Below, piece after piece: positions 1 through 10,633 of a DNA stretch of 64,000 nucleotides. Within the stretch, counting starts at the first letter, position 1. Every line of letters starts with the position of its first letter. A program made the translations under genes and the position numbers. Source of the DNA: Candidatus Abzuiibacterium crystallinum (GTDB lineage Bacteria; Omnitrophota; Omnitrophia; Omnitrophales; Abzuiibacteriaceae); assembly GCA_002787155.1 (NCBI GenBank), contig PCVY01000065.1, forward strand, positions 65,286 to 129,285, read 5' to 3'. Below the pieces are notes generated by a model. It saw only the letters and a program-made list of their open reading frames with translations, had not been told where the DNA came from and searched no databases.

Positions 1-818
<818 letters not shown>

Positions 819-819
<1 letters not shown>

Positions 820-1088
820 TGAGTCCCGCTTATCAGTTTGATTTAATTACACCCAACGGCAAACCTTATTCAGGCCAAGTCACTTACGTGGTTGTGCCCG
901 GTGAAAAAGGTAATTTTGGGGTATTGGCCAACCACGCTGCCTTGGTTTCCAATTGCCTTTCGGGTAAACTGCGTGTGGTCGCAGAAACAGGGCAAGAGCT
1001 TTTATTTTCGATCGGAAAAGGATTTTTCGAGGTAGTCAAAAATAAAGCCATTTTACTCACGGAAAACGCTTCCCAAATCTCTGCTTAG
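819..1088 (+). CDS. atpC: ATP synthase epsilon subunit, N-terminal beta-sandwich only
   Basis: LITP...PGEKGNFGVLANHA and GFFEV motifs; ATG overlaps atpD stop (TGATG). Confidence 0.93.
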
Positions 1089-1847
1089 TCCGTCGCCTGC
1101 CGCATCGTTTTTTTCGCTCCGCTGCATCATCAATAGGCCGTTTTGATCAAAATAATAAACGTCATCGCTTGAGTACCGCCTGTAAATCCATTTTTCTGAA
1201 GCACCGTACTCTTGGGCATGATATTGGATGCTGTCCGGTTTGCCTTTCGCTATTTTAATTTGCTCACGGTTCATTTGAGGCTGCACGTAGCCTTCAAAAG
1301 CAGCTAAATCTAAAGCGCTCAAATTCTCTTCTCCATTTAATTGACCTTCTTTGACCGTCCATAGAAAACGTTTTCTCTTTTGAATGTAAATCCATTCCTC
1401 CAATACGATACCGCGTGAAGTATCCAGCAGTGTGTTTTTAGCTAAAAAGTCCGGGATTCCGTACTGTTTCACGACATTTAGTTTTTCATCGGAAATAAAA
1501 CCAAATAACGGATCACGGCTGCCTCGCCGTAACAATTTGTCAGCGACGCCTGATACTTTCGCGCTTCGATATCCCCATGGTTCATCAACAGAAGCACATC
1601 CCATGAGCAGCGCCCAAATAATTGCAAATGATAGAAACACCGTAAAGCCGCCTAACCGTTTTGTATTTCTCAGTTCTCGCTCCCAATGGATGGGCTCAAC
1701 TCGCCAATTGATTTGCTGCATGAGGATCTGATAAAAACGGATGGATTTCTCTGGTTTGAAAAAAGAAAGCATCCCGACTCCCAAACCGCTTAAACCAATG
1801 ACCATAACAAGCCATTTGGCAATTTTCATTAAAATATCAAAATCCAT
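1053..1847 (-). CDS. Hypothetical membrane protein with internal lipobox-like LLMGC
   Basis: Two hydrophobic segments; the C-terminal QMNREQIKIAKGKPD...EKWIY...YYFD resembles SmpA/BamE-like small domains. Confidence 0.6.
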   Translation of the reverse strand: MDFDILMKIAKWLVMVIGLSGLGVGMLSFFKPEKSIRFYQILMQQINWRVEPIHWERELRNTKRLGGFTVFLSFAIIWALLMGCASVDEPWGYRSAKVSGVADKLLRRGSRDPLFGFISDEKLNVVKQYGIPDFLAKNTLLDTSRGIVLEEWIYIQKRKRFLWTVKEGQLNGEENLSALDLAAFEGYVQPQMNREQIKIAKGKPDSIQYHAQEYGASEKWIYRRYSSDDVYYFDQNGLLMMQRSEKNDAAGDGLSRDLGSVFRE

Positions 1848-1849
1848 CT

Positions 1850-2857
1850 CTACATAACCTCAATGGTGACAGGGGTTTGCAAACTTTTCCTTCTGACAAC
1901 AAATGTCAGCTTTTGATTTTTCTTCTCTGATAAAATAGCCCGATAGTAACTAACCCAGCCGTCTATCTTGATGCCGTTTTCTTCTATGAGAACATCGCCG
2001 ATCTGAAAACCTGCTTTGGCGGCTTTCGAACCGGCGGTAACTTTGATAATTTCAAACTGACCGTTTTTTTCACGGTACTGAACACGCATTCCCAAAGTCG
2101 GAGCAGCATCTAAATGAAAAACACTGACGGGGATATCCAACGTATGTTTGCGACGTTCGACCGTGAAGGTTTTAATTTCTTCGCCTTCCACACGCAAGAA
2201 GAAATCGAAGAAATTCCTGGGCTGCACTTCCATGCCATTTATTCTAATGACAACATCACCGTTTCGTAATCCTTGTTCATATCCTAAAGATCCTTCATGA
2301 ACGTCAACGATCATGTAACGTTCTGTTTCTTCATTTAACTTAAAACGGCATCCGACAATGGTTGATTCCAATCTGGGATAACGCAGTTTAATTAAATGAT
2401 CACTGATCCTGCCCGCTAAGCGCCACTCAAAAACACCGCGCGATTTATCCTGCTTACTGATTCCAAAAAAATGAAGACCGTGCTTCCGCCGGAAAAAAGC
2501 TTGCAGATTGGCTTGTGTTTTATTTTCGGTTTGCTGCCTCAGCTCAATTTTCAGCATGCAATAACCGCTCGGTGCAAAAAAAGGGCGGTGCGCCCACTGG
2601 CGGTATTCTCGCCTGAACAAAGGAAAGGTTTTGGTTTCAATGAGGCCTTGTGCTTGATCGACTTTTAGAATGGGGATGTCTTCGTCCGCCAAGGTTTTGA
2701 TCGTCGCTTCCCAAACCTGTTCATAAGTACCTTGAAAAGTAGTTGTTTCACCGGAAGGATGCGAACGGAAGAAAGTGAAAGACGAACAACCGCATAAAAA
2801 AAGAAAAACGAAATGCAGGAAATAAAATTCAAGGCGGCTAGGTTTTGTGCGCGCCAT
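1850..2857 (-). CDS. Lipoprotein with two C-terminal PDZ domains
   Basis: Lipobox FLCGC; PDZ signatures GSLGYEQGLRNGDVVIRING and GSKAAKAGFQIGDVLIEENG. Confidence 0.8.
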   Translation of the reverse strand: MARTKPSRLEFYFLHFVFLFLCGCSSFTFFRSHPSGETTTFQGTYEQVWEATIKTLADEDIPILKVDQAQGLIETKTFPLFRREYRQWAHRPFFAPSGYCMLKIELRQQTENKTQANLQAFFRRKHGLHFFGISKQDKSRGVFEWRLAGRISDHLIKLRYPRLESTIVGCRFKLNEETERYMIVDVHEGSLGYEQGLRNGDVVIRINGMEVQPRNFFDFFLRVEGEEIKTFTVERRKHTLDIPVSVFHLDAAPTLGMRVQYREKNGQFEIIKVTAGSKAAKAGFQIGDVLIEENGIKIDGWVSYYRAILSEKKNQKLTFVVRRKSLQTPVTIEVM

Positions 2858-2865
2858 TTTAACAC

Positions 2866-3237
2866 CTAGCGATCTGAAATAATATTTTCTTTAAGTGATA
2901 CTTCGGGACCTGCCGGCGCATTGACATAGGCGTCTGTGGCGCTCCAAATGTGGTTCAGAATGAAAATCCCAAGTCCCGTCCAAATTTGAGGGTATCCCGC
3001 AATGCCGCCTACCACCGCCGTGGTGACAATGGCGCCTGCTTCAATCACAATCATGGCGCCGGTCTTGACTTTGCCTCCCCGAGTCTCTAGCTCGCCGTTA
3101 ATGTATTGCCCAAGGCCCGGCACCAGCAAAGAGGCTGCGCCCCGCGTCAAGCTCTCCCCGCCCTTTGCCCACAGGACGGGCTGACTGATGAATAAGCAGG
3201 TCGTAACAATAAGCGCGATTGATAGGCTCTTTTTCAC
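2866..3237 (-). CDS. Hypothetical exported/membrane protein
   Basis: Signal peptide, SLLVPGLGQY motif, RBS AAGGAG upstream of a GTG start. Confidence 0.75.
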   Translation of the reverse strand: MKKSLSIALIVTTCLFISQPVLWAKGGESLTRGAASLLVPGLGQYINGELETRGGKVKTGAMIVIEAGAIVTTAVVGGIAGYPQIWTGLGIFILNHIWSATDAYVNAPAGPEVSLKENIISDR

Positions 3238-3337
3238 AAATTCTCCTTTTATCTGACATGTGAGCGGTGTGATATATTTTATATCGGCTGAATGGGATAA
3301 AAATAAATAACCGACATGAGCGAGAACTCAATTTATC

Positions 3338-3415
3338 TGAAGGGTCGGGGAGTTTCACCGATCCTTCACCCTATACCAGTCATGATCAAGCGGGGCCGGC
3401 ATAGGGTTTTATTGG
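3338..3415. repeat. ~80-bp two-hairpin dispersed element, copy 1
   Basis: Aligns with 16973-17052 (shared CACCCTATACCAGTC.TGATCAA core). Confidence 0.85.
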
Positions 3416-3490
3416 CTCATTTATCTTTATTTTAAAGAAGCTTTCAGCTATACTAACTCCTTTATACAGTAATACTTACGCGGAAATCCA

Positions 3491-4003
3491 ATGCCTGAAA
3501 CAATTCTCTTTTATCTATTTGCTTCTGTCGCGCTCATCAGCGCTTTATACGTCATCTTCTCGAAAGAACCCACCTATGCCGTACTGTCTCTTGTGGTCAC
3601 CATGTTCTCGTTGGCTGCCCTTTACGTGATGCTGCATGCCTATTTTATTGCCATGATTCAAATCTTAATTTATGCAGGTGCTATTTTGGTTCTTTTTCTC
3701 TTTATTTTAATGCTGTTAGGAACCGAGGGCATCTTGCCGTCCGATCAAGCACGTTTAGGAAGAGGGTGGTGCTTCTTCGGCGTTTTATTGGTCAGTATTT
3801 TTACGGCAGAGCTCGCGATGGTTTTTCAGTCAACTCAAAATCTGAAAGATTGGCCATCTGAAATCTTAGGAACGGTTGAGAATATCGGCCGTTCCATTTT
3901 CTCCGAACATTTGCTGGCGTTTGAATTAATTTCTCTTATTCTTCTGATCGGTATCATCGGTGTCGTTAATCTCGCACACAAAAAAGAGGCGGATAACGCA
4001 TGA
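3491..4003 (+). CDS. nuoJ: NADH-quinone oxidoreductase subunit J
   Basis: QILIYAGAILVLFLFILML and LAFELISLILL motifs. Confidence 0.93.
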   Translation: MPETILFYLFASVALISALYVIFSKEPTYAVLSLVVTMFSLAALYVMLHAYFIAMIQILIYAGAILVLFLFILMLLGTEGILPSDQARLGRGWCFFGVLLVSIFTAELAMVFQSTQNLKDWPSEILGTVENIGRSIFSEHLLAFELISLILLIGIIGVVNLAHKKEADNA

Positions 4004-4305
4004 CATTGTCTTTGGAAAATTATCTAATCGTCAGCGGCATGCTATTCGCGATCGGTGCACTGGGCGTGATGACAAGACGCAATTTAATTATGATTCTTTT
4101 ATCCATTGAAATCATGCTGAACGCCGTTAATCTTTCTTTTGTGGCGTTCTCAAGTTACGGCGATAACGTCACGGGCCAAGTCAGCGCTCTTTTTGTCATT
4201 GCCATTGCCGCCTGTGAAGTCGCCATCGGTTTGGCTATTGCTGTTTTGGTATTTCAATCTCAACGAACCATCAGTACAGATGCTGTCAGCCGTTTAAAAG
4301 GATAA
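4000..4305 (+). CDS. nuoK: NADH-quinone oxidoreductase subunit K
   Basis: RRNLIMILLSIEIMLNAVN, AACEVAIGLAI. Confidence 0.95.
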   Translation: MTLSLENYLIVSGMLFAIGALGVMTRRNLIMILLSIEIMLNAVNLSFVAFSSYGDNVTGQVSALFVIAIAACEVAIGLAIAVLVFQSQRTISTDAVSRLKG

Positions 4306-4309
4306 AACA

Positions 4310-6154
4310 TTGACTGAATGGCTCATTCTTTTTCTACCCTTCTTCGCTGCTGTCATCATTGCGCTCGGCACGCAGCGTTACGCTAAATTAAGCGCTGCGG
4401 TGGCGCTGACGAGCATCATCGCGTCTTTGATTTTAACCTGCCGGCTCGGTCTTCCTGAACTTTTTGAAGGTCATTTCTCAACCATTGAGAAAAGCCTCTC
4501 TTGGATCACCTTGCCGGGGCTTTCATTTGAGTTTGGTTTATTAATCAACACGCTATCCTTTGCCATGCTTTTAATTGTTCTGGTGGTTGCCCTGTGCATC
4601 TTTTACTATTCCGTCGAATACATGGAAGGTGAGAAGGGATTTGCCCGTTATTTTGCTTATTTAGCTTTTTTTACCTTCTCCATGCTGGGCATTGTGCTGT
4701 CTAATAATTTCCTCCAACTCTTCATCTTTTGGGAATTAGTGGGCGTCAGCTCTTATCTTTTAATCGGTTTCTGGTATGAAAAACATTCGGCGGCTGATGC
4801 CGGCAAAAAAGCTTTTCTCACCAACCGGATCGGTGATTACGGTTTTATTCTGGGCATCATCCTGCTGTGGACCTTGTCTTCAACATGGCAGGTGGAAACG
4901 CTGAACTTTTTACATCTGGCAAATTATTTGGCAGGTGCTCATTCTCATTCGCATGAAACGCTTCTCACCGTCATTTCTCTTTTGATTTTCTGCGGTGTGA
5001 TTGGTAAGTCAGCCCAGTTTCCTTTGCATGTGTGGCTGCCGGACGCCATGGAAGGCCCGACACCTGTGAGTGCTCTCATTCATGCTGCTACGATGGTAGC
5101 TGCCGGCGTTTATTTGCTAGCGCGCGTTTTCTTTTTGTTTCACCAGTCGCCTCTGGCGCTTGAAATGATCGCTTATTTGGGCGGCTTTACGGCCATTTTT
5201 GCCGCAACGCAGGCGTTGGTACAAACCGATCTGAAACGCGTCCTGGCTTACTCGACTTTAAGTCAATTAGGCTACATGGTTTTGGCCATCGGCTTGGGTT
5301 CGGCCGGCATTGCGATGTTTCATTTGACCACCCATGCCTTCTTTAAAGCCCTGCTTTTCCTAGGAGCCGGGTCCGTCATTCACATGACCCACGAGCAAGA
5401 CATGACTCGCTTGGGAAATTTAAGCCAAAGAATGCCAATCACAACCGGTTTATTTATCGTGGGCGCTTTAGCTTTAAGCGGTTTTTTTCCTTTCAGCGGG
5501 TTTTGGAGTAAGGACGAAATCTTAGTGTTGGCGTTACATCAAAATAGTTGGCTTTATGTCATTGCCATGTTGACTGCTTTTCTGACTGCCGTTTATATCA
5601 CCCGTGCCGTCATTTTAACGTTTTTTGGCTCATCTCAGGCAGAACACGGGCATGAACCGAAGCAGTGGATGTTAATTCCAATGATTTTGTTAGCTATTCT
5701 GTCGCTCGTAAGCGGTTTCCGTGTCCCCGAAATCATGCATCAATCCTTGGATCATCCGGTTCACTGGAACTGGCAGGTAGCCATCGTCAGCACACTGATG
5801 ACTTTGTGCGGGATCGCGCTTTCTGTTTGGCTTTATCAATTTCAACCGCAAATCGTGGTCAAAATACGAGGGAAATTTTCCGGAATTTATCAAATATTAA
5901 ACCGGCGCTACTACATGGATGATTTTTACGATTGGGTCATTCAAAAAATTCAAGCGCCCTTTTCACGAACTTGTTCGGCATTTGAATCTCACGTGGTCGT
6001 GCAAGGTTTGGTTAATTCAACTGCGCGATTGACCGGTGCATGCGGTCATTGGCTCAGGAAAATGCAAACGGGCCGTCTGCAAAACTATGTTACCGTCTTT
6101 TTTGCCGGTGTGGTTCTGATCATTTATTGCCTCATGGCACGGGTGATTTCATGA
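4310..6154 (+). CDS. nuoL: NADH-quinone oxidoreductase subunit L
   Basis: FWELVG, GKSAQFPLHVWLPDAMEGPTPVSALIHAATMV, HAFFKALLFL; C-terminal QTGRLQNY. Confidence 0.96.
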   Translation: MTEWLILFLPFFAAVIIALGTQRYAKLSAAVALTSIIASLILTCRLGLPELFEGHFSTIEKSLSWITLPGLSFEFGLLINTLSFAMLLIVLVVALCIFYYSVEYMEGEKGFARYFAYLAFFTFSMLGIVLSNNFLQLFIFWELVGVSSYLLIGFWYEKHSAADAGKKAFLTNRIGDYGFILGIILLWTLSSTWQVETLNFLHLANYLAGAHSHSHETLLTVISLLIFCGVIGKSAQFPLHVWLPDAMEGPTPVSALIHAATMVAAGVYLLARVFFLFHQSPLALEMIAYLGGFTAIFAATQALVQTDLKRVLAYSTLSQLGYMVLAIGLGSAGIAMFHLTTHAFFKALLFLGAGSVIHMTHEQDMTRLGNLSQRMPITTGLFIVGALALSGFFPFSGFWSKDEILVLALHQNSWLYVIAMLTAFLTAVYITRAVILTFFGSSQAEHGHEPKQWMLIPMILLAILSLVSGFRVPEIMHQSLDHPVHWNWQVAIVSTLMTLCGIALSVWLYQFQPQIVVKIRGKFSGIYQILNRRYYMDDFYDWVIQKIQAPFSRTCSAFESHVVVQGLVNSTARLTGACGHWLRKMQTGRLQNYVTVFFAGVVLIIYCLMARVIS

Positions 6155-7629
6155 GTTTGGGCGCCTATTTGATTCCGCTTTTAACGCTGTTGCCCTTAAG
6201 CGGTGCTGTGTTGGTTTTACTGCTGCCCGCTCAATGGACTAAATTAATCCGCGCGCTCGCTTGCACGATTACCTGGATAACTTTGATGATCAGTGCCGTC
6301 ATTTGTTTGCATTACGACACCGCAACGCCGGGCTTTCAATTGATAACTAAAATCGTTTGGCTGCCGTCTTTGGGCATTGCTTATCAAACCGGCGTGGACG
6401 GAATCAGTTGTGTGTTAATTCTTTTACATGCGATTTGTTCGTTAACGGCTGTTTTAGTGTCCGGATCAGTTGAAAACCGTGTCAAAGAATACTATGTTTT
6501 ATTGCTCTTCTTGATTGCCAGTATCTTTGGCGTGTTTACCGCGCTCGATTTATTCTTTCTATACGTTTTCTACGAAATGGCCGTGGTACCCCTCTACCCC
6601 ATGATTATTGTTTGGGGCAGTAAAAATAAAGAATACGGTGCCATGAAATTAACGCTCTACGTCACTTTAGGGGCCGTTTTAGCGCTGGTGGGTTTACTGA
6701 GCATCTATCACGCCACCGGGCTTAAAACATTTGATTTAATTGAAATCCAAAGCTTCCTAGCCGCGCATCCGCTGGATCAAACCTTCCAAACATGGGCTGC
6801 GCTGCTGCTCACAGTAGGTTTTGGCGTGGTCGCCTCGTTATGGCCTTTGCACAGCTGGTCGCCCATTGGATATGCTGCCGCACCGACGGCTGTCAGCATG
6901 CTGCACGCAGGTGTTCTGAAGAAAATCGGCATTTACGCCATCATCCGTCTCGTCTTAGGCTTGCTGCCCTTCGGCGCTTCTGTGTGGATGCCTTACGTTG
7001 CCATTTTGGCAGTGATCAATGTGCTTTACGGTGCTTGGGCAGCGATGGCACAAAATGATCTTAAATTTGTCATTGGGTTTGCCAGTGTCAGCCACATGGG
7101 TTATGCCTTGCTGGGCATCTCTGCTATGACGCCTTTGGCTGTTTCCGGTGTGGTCTTTTTTATGTTTGCCCACGGTGTCATGGCCGCTCTTTCTTTCGCT
7201 TTGATCGGCTTCATTTATCACCAAACACATACCAGAGACATTTCAGATTTGGGCGGCCTTATGAAGCCGCTGCCTTTTGTGGGTGCTTGTTTTGTGATGG
7301 CCGCTTTGGCTTCCAGCGGTTTACCCGGCTTTGCCAATTTTGTTTCTGAAATCATTATTTTCTTCGGCAGTTGGCAGGTGCGCCCTTGGCCGACTTTGTT
7401 TGCTATTTTTGGCATTGTCGTAACAGCAACGTATATGCTGCGGCTCGTCAAAAACGTATTCTTTGGACCAGTAAACCGCAAATGGAACAACTTGAAAGAC
7501 GCTGCTTCTTTCTTAGAGCGTTTGCCTTATGGGTTGTTGGTTCTTATTTTATTAATCTTTGGCTGTTGGCCGGCTTGGCTTTTAAACCTGATTCGTCCGA
7601 GTGTTGCATTACTGCCGCTCTTAAGATGA
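6151..7629 (+). CDS. nuoM: NADH-quinone oxidoreductase subunit M
   Basis: GVDGIS, SVSHMG, GLPGFANFVSE; start reassigned to the ATGA overlapping the nuoL stop. Confidence 0.93.
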   Translation: MSLGAYLIPLLTLLPLSGAVLVLLLPAQWTKLIRALACTITWITLMISAVICLHYDTATPGFQLITKIVWLPSLGIAYQTGVDGISCVLILLHAICSLTAVLVSGSVENRVKEYYVLLLFLIASIFGVFTALDLFFLYVFYEMAVVPLYPMIIVWGSKNKEYGAMKLTLYVTLGAVLALVGLLSIYHATGLKTFDLIEIQSFLAAHPLDQTFQTWAALLLTVGFGVVASLWPLHSWSPIGYAAAPTAVSMLHAGVLKKIGIYAIIRLVLGLLPFGASVWMPYVAILAVINVLYGAWAAMAQNDLKFVIGFASVSHMGYALLGISAMTPLAVSGVVFFMFAHGVMAALSFALIGFIYHQTHTRDISDLGGLMKPLPFVGACFVMAALASSGLPGFANFVSEIIIFFGSWQVRPWPTLFAIFGIVVTATYMLRLVKNVFFGPVNRKWNNLKDAASFLERLPYGLLVLILLIFGCWPAWLLNLIRPSVALLPLLR

Positions 7630-7661
7630 CGAGCTTTTTGATAAATAAGGGAGAATGATAC

Positions 7662-9101
7662 GTGACTATGCTGTCTTTGATATCGAGATCCGCTGAGACC
7701 GGACTGATTATTGTGGTGGTGGCTTTATTTGCGGCAAGGCTTACCCTGCCCCGTCTTAAGTCAGGGGTTGTGTCTAAGCTTGTGATCACTGTCTTCGCCC
7801 TGCTTTTCTTACTGAACATGACGCTCTGGGGAAGTAAAACGCTTTTACTGCAAGATGCGTTCCGGTTGGATCATTTTGCTTTATTTTTTAAAGGCTTTTT
7901 CCTCTTGGCGGGTATTTTCATCTTCATGATTGCCGGTCATTTCCAAGACACACTCGCTAAACGCATCTATGAGTTTTACAGCTTATTTACTTTAGCAACC
8001 TTAGGGGCTTGTTTTCTAGTATCTGCCAACAATTTTCTGGTGCTTTTCTTATCCATTGAGCTGATAACCTTCTCTTTGTATGTCCTCACCACTTATTGGC
8101 GAACGCAAATTACTTCAATTGAAGCCGGCACCAAATATCTTGTGGTAGGCGCTTTTTCATCAGCCATGATGCTTTTTGGCATTAGCTTTATTTATGGTAC
8201 AACCCAAACGATTAATTTTCATGACTGCCGTTCCGCTTTTACCGTTTTATCTGCACAGCCTTCATTCACTTTGTTGCACTTAGGTTTAATTTTAGTGCTG
8301 GCAGGAATTGGATTTAAAATTTCCGCTTTTCCGTTTCAACTATGGGCGCCCGATGTTTACCAAGGCGCGCCGACGCCGGTCACTGCTTTCTTGGCTGTCG
8401 TGTCTAAAAGCGCCGGTTTTGCGGCTCTTATGCGGCTCGTGTTACTTGCTACGGGCGGATGGAATGCCGTTTGGATTTTAATGTTGGCTTTAATTGCTGC
8501 CGCCACGCTTCTTTATGGCAATTTGGGAGCCATTCCGCAATTGGGCGGCAACATGAAACGTTTCTTGGCATTTTCCGGTATCGGGCATGCCGGCTATCTT
8601 TTAATGGCGATGATTTGTCAAAATGCGCAAGGTTACCAGGCTTTGATTTATTACTTGGTTGTTTATGCGATTGCCACTTTAACGATTTTCCTCGGCATTG
8701 TGTTGACCGACCCGTCTCAAAGCGACATGAAGCACAACATGTCTGATTTTCAAGGCTTATTGGCGCGTTCGCCTATGCTTGGTTTTTCTTTTTTTGTGGC
8801 CATTCTTTCTTTAGCGGGCGTGCCGCCGATGGCGGGGTTTTTTGGAAAATTTCTCGTGATTCAAGCAGTGATTGAGAAGGGAATGTGGCTGCTGGCTTTA
8901 ATTGGTGCCGTCACCATTGCTATTTCGCTCTATTATTACCTCAACGTTATTAAATTAATTTATGCCGATCAACCGAACGACACGTCTTCTATCAAGATCG
9001 GCTTTGGTTATCAATTAACGTTTATTTGTTTAAACCTTTCCCTCATTTTCCTCGGCGTCTTTCAAGCACCGCTCTTACATTTGATTGCGAAGACGATCTA
9101 A
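7662..9101 (+). CDS. nuoN: NADH-quinone oxidoreductase subunit N
   Basis: EAGTKY, FKISAFPFQLWAPDVYQGAPTP, SLAGVPPMAGFFGKF. Confidence 0.95.
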   Translation: MTMLSLISRSAETGLIIVVVALFAARLTLPRLKSGVVSKLVITVFALLFLLNMTLWGSKTLLLQDAFRLDHFALFFKGFFLLAGIFIFMIAGHFQDTLAKRIYEFYSLFTLATLGACFLVSANNFLVLFLSIELITFSLYVLTTYWRTQITSIEAGTKYLVVGAFSSAMMLFGISFIYGTTQTINFHDCRSAFTVLSAQPSFTLLHLGLILVLAGIGFKISAFPFQLWAPDVYQGAPTPVTAFLAVVSKSAGFAALMRLVLLATGGWNAVWILMLALIAAATLLYGNLGAIPQLGGNMKRFLAFSGIGHAGYLLMAMICQNAQGYQALIYYLVVYAIATLTIFLGIVLTDPSQSDMKHNMSDFQGLLARSPMLGFSFFVAILSLAGVPPMAGFFGKFLVIQAVIEKGMWLLALIGAVTIAISLYYYLNVIKLIYADQPNDTSSIKIGFGYQLTFICLNLSLIFLGVFQAPLLHLIAKTI

Positions 9102-9106
9102 AACAT

Positions 9107-9134
9107 GGGGTCAGACCCGGGAGGGTCTGACCCC
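9107..9134. repeat. REP-like palindrome GGGGTCAGACCC-N4-GGGTCTGACCCC
   Basis: Perfect 12-bp stem; related copies at 12138, 28435, 31885, 32924, 43181. Confidence 0.85.
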
Positions 9135-9202
9135 TATCGTCCACTATCTAACATAACAGAAACGGCTCTCGCCCGGCGGGCGAGGCAGAACCAACCCTAA
9201 AT

Positions 9203-9255
9203 AAAAAAGAGCTCGTCCGAAGTATCAGGGAGGTGAGTACTTCGAACGAGCTCTT
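9203..9255 (-). terminator. Intrinsic terminator of the porin gene
   Basis: Minus strand: ~18-bp stem with one G-U pair, followed by a U-tract, ~30 nt after the stop. Confidence 0.8.
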
Positions 9256-9286
9256 ATGTTTTAAAGAACGCTAAATCTAAACTGCG

Positions 9287-10633
9287 TTAGAACTGATAAA
9301 TCATCTCAGCGCCAAAGGTGCTTTGCGTGCTTGATGCACCAGTACCAGTTGCTGCTGCAGTGCTCAAGTCAAAAATAGAATCTTGGCTCTTATCAAGACG
9401 CCATTCAAGACGGGTGAGTAAGTTATCAGCTACTTTGATATCAGCCGTATAAGTCATACCAAAAAGGTTGACACGCTCTGCGGTTGTGTACGTGCTGATT
9501 GAACCAAGGCGGACACCGTCGTTATCCGAAAACCATTCCAAACGGCCGGCAACTGTTAACCAATCGTTCACAGCATATTGAGCACCACCCATGACACCAA
9601 TCCATTGGGATGCCCCATTACCAACCACGCCGCCTGTGTTGTTTTCTTCCCAACCCCAGTCAAAATTACCGATAAGATTCAAAGCATCGCTGGCTGAGTA
9701 GCTCACAACCAAATCATACAAACCACGGATGTTGCTATCGGTGTTCAAGCCGCCGACTGTGCGGGTTTGTTCAGGACCCCAAAGCAAGCTGTTTGAAATA
9801 TCAATTGAATCCGTTGGGTGCAAGGTAATGTTGTAAAGACCGGTTTTTCCGCGATTGTTATCAACCGTGGTATCCCAGCCGTTGGCAAAACCAATCTTTA
9901 AATCCACCATGTCATTGAGACTGTACTCTGCCAAAATGCCGTTGTGGGTAAAAGGTTGGGCCAGGTTAAACAGATAGCCGCGTGAAGAATTGAAGTTTTC
10001 AGCGCTTTCAATGACTTCAGCGCCGACGATCGTACTAAAACGACCGACTTTGATGTCTAAGCCGTTACCAAGCGGGGCTAAGTATTCAATGTAAGCTTGT
10101 TGAATATAGAGATTATCATCTGCTTCAGCACCAGTCCCTGACACCATCGCAGAATTTAAGATGCGGGCTGTACGGCCGAATTGCCAATCCGTACGGAAAC
10201 CTGCACGGCTGCTTTCACTGACCGGTTTTTCAAACACGAATTCACCGCTGGTTTCAAAGCTGGCTTCATCGCGGTCAAATGCGCGAGTCACAAGCTCAGG
10301 ATTGGTACCACTAGCACCACCGTTATTGAGCGGATTAATGTTACTGACGTTATACAGCGTCGATAAGTAACCGCCCATGTGAATGTCGGACATGGTTTTA
10401 ACTAAACCTTCACCGGTTGGGGGCATATATTCTTTGCCCTTAACAGGTGAAAGGTGTTCTTTCATACCTGTCTTACTCTCAAGCTGTGCAACTTTGGATT
10501 CCAGAGCTTCGATTTTATCCATGAGCTTTTGGACGCTCACGTCAGCTTGGGCTGTGTTGAGACCGGTAAATGTGAATGCCACTAAGAGCACCAGCATCAC
10601 CGATAGCCATTTACAAGTTAGTTTGGATTGCAT
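9287..10633 (-). CDS. Outer-membrane beta-barrel porin (BBP2/DUF1597-like)
   Basis: Signal peptide and coiled coil; QAYIEY, GRFSTIVGAEVIESAENFNSSR, PFTHNG, ANGWD; C-terminal YQF; start placed after GGGAGGG. Confidence 0.85.
   Translation of the reverse strand: MQSKLTCKWLSVMLVLLVAFTFTGLNTAQADVSVQKLMDKIEALESKVAQLESKTGMKEHLSPVKGKEYMPPTGEGLVKTMSDIHMGGYLSTLYNVSNINPLNNGGASGTNPELVTRAFDRDEASFETSGEFVFEKPVSESSRAGFRTDWQFGRTARILNSAMVSGTGAEADDNLYIQQAYIEYLAPLGNGLDIKVGRFSTIVGAEVIESAENFNSSRGYLFNLAQPFTHNGILAEYSLNDMVDLKIGFANGWDTTVDNNRGKTGLYNITLHPTDSIDISNSLLWGPEQTRTVGGLNTDSNIRGLYDLVVSYSASDALNLIGNFDWGWEENNTGGVVGNGASQWIGVMGGAQYAVNDWLTVAGRLEWFSDNDGVRLGSISTYTTAERVNLFGMTYTADIKVADNLLTRLEWRLDKSQDSIFDLSTAAATGTGASSTQSTFGAEMIYQF

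Noticed and set aside
6040-6150. Longer nuoM start
   Set aside because: Overlaps nuoL by over 100 nt; the ATGA overlap at 6151 is more plausible.
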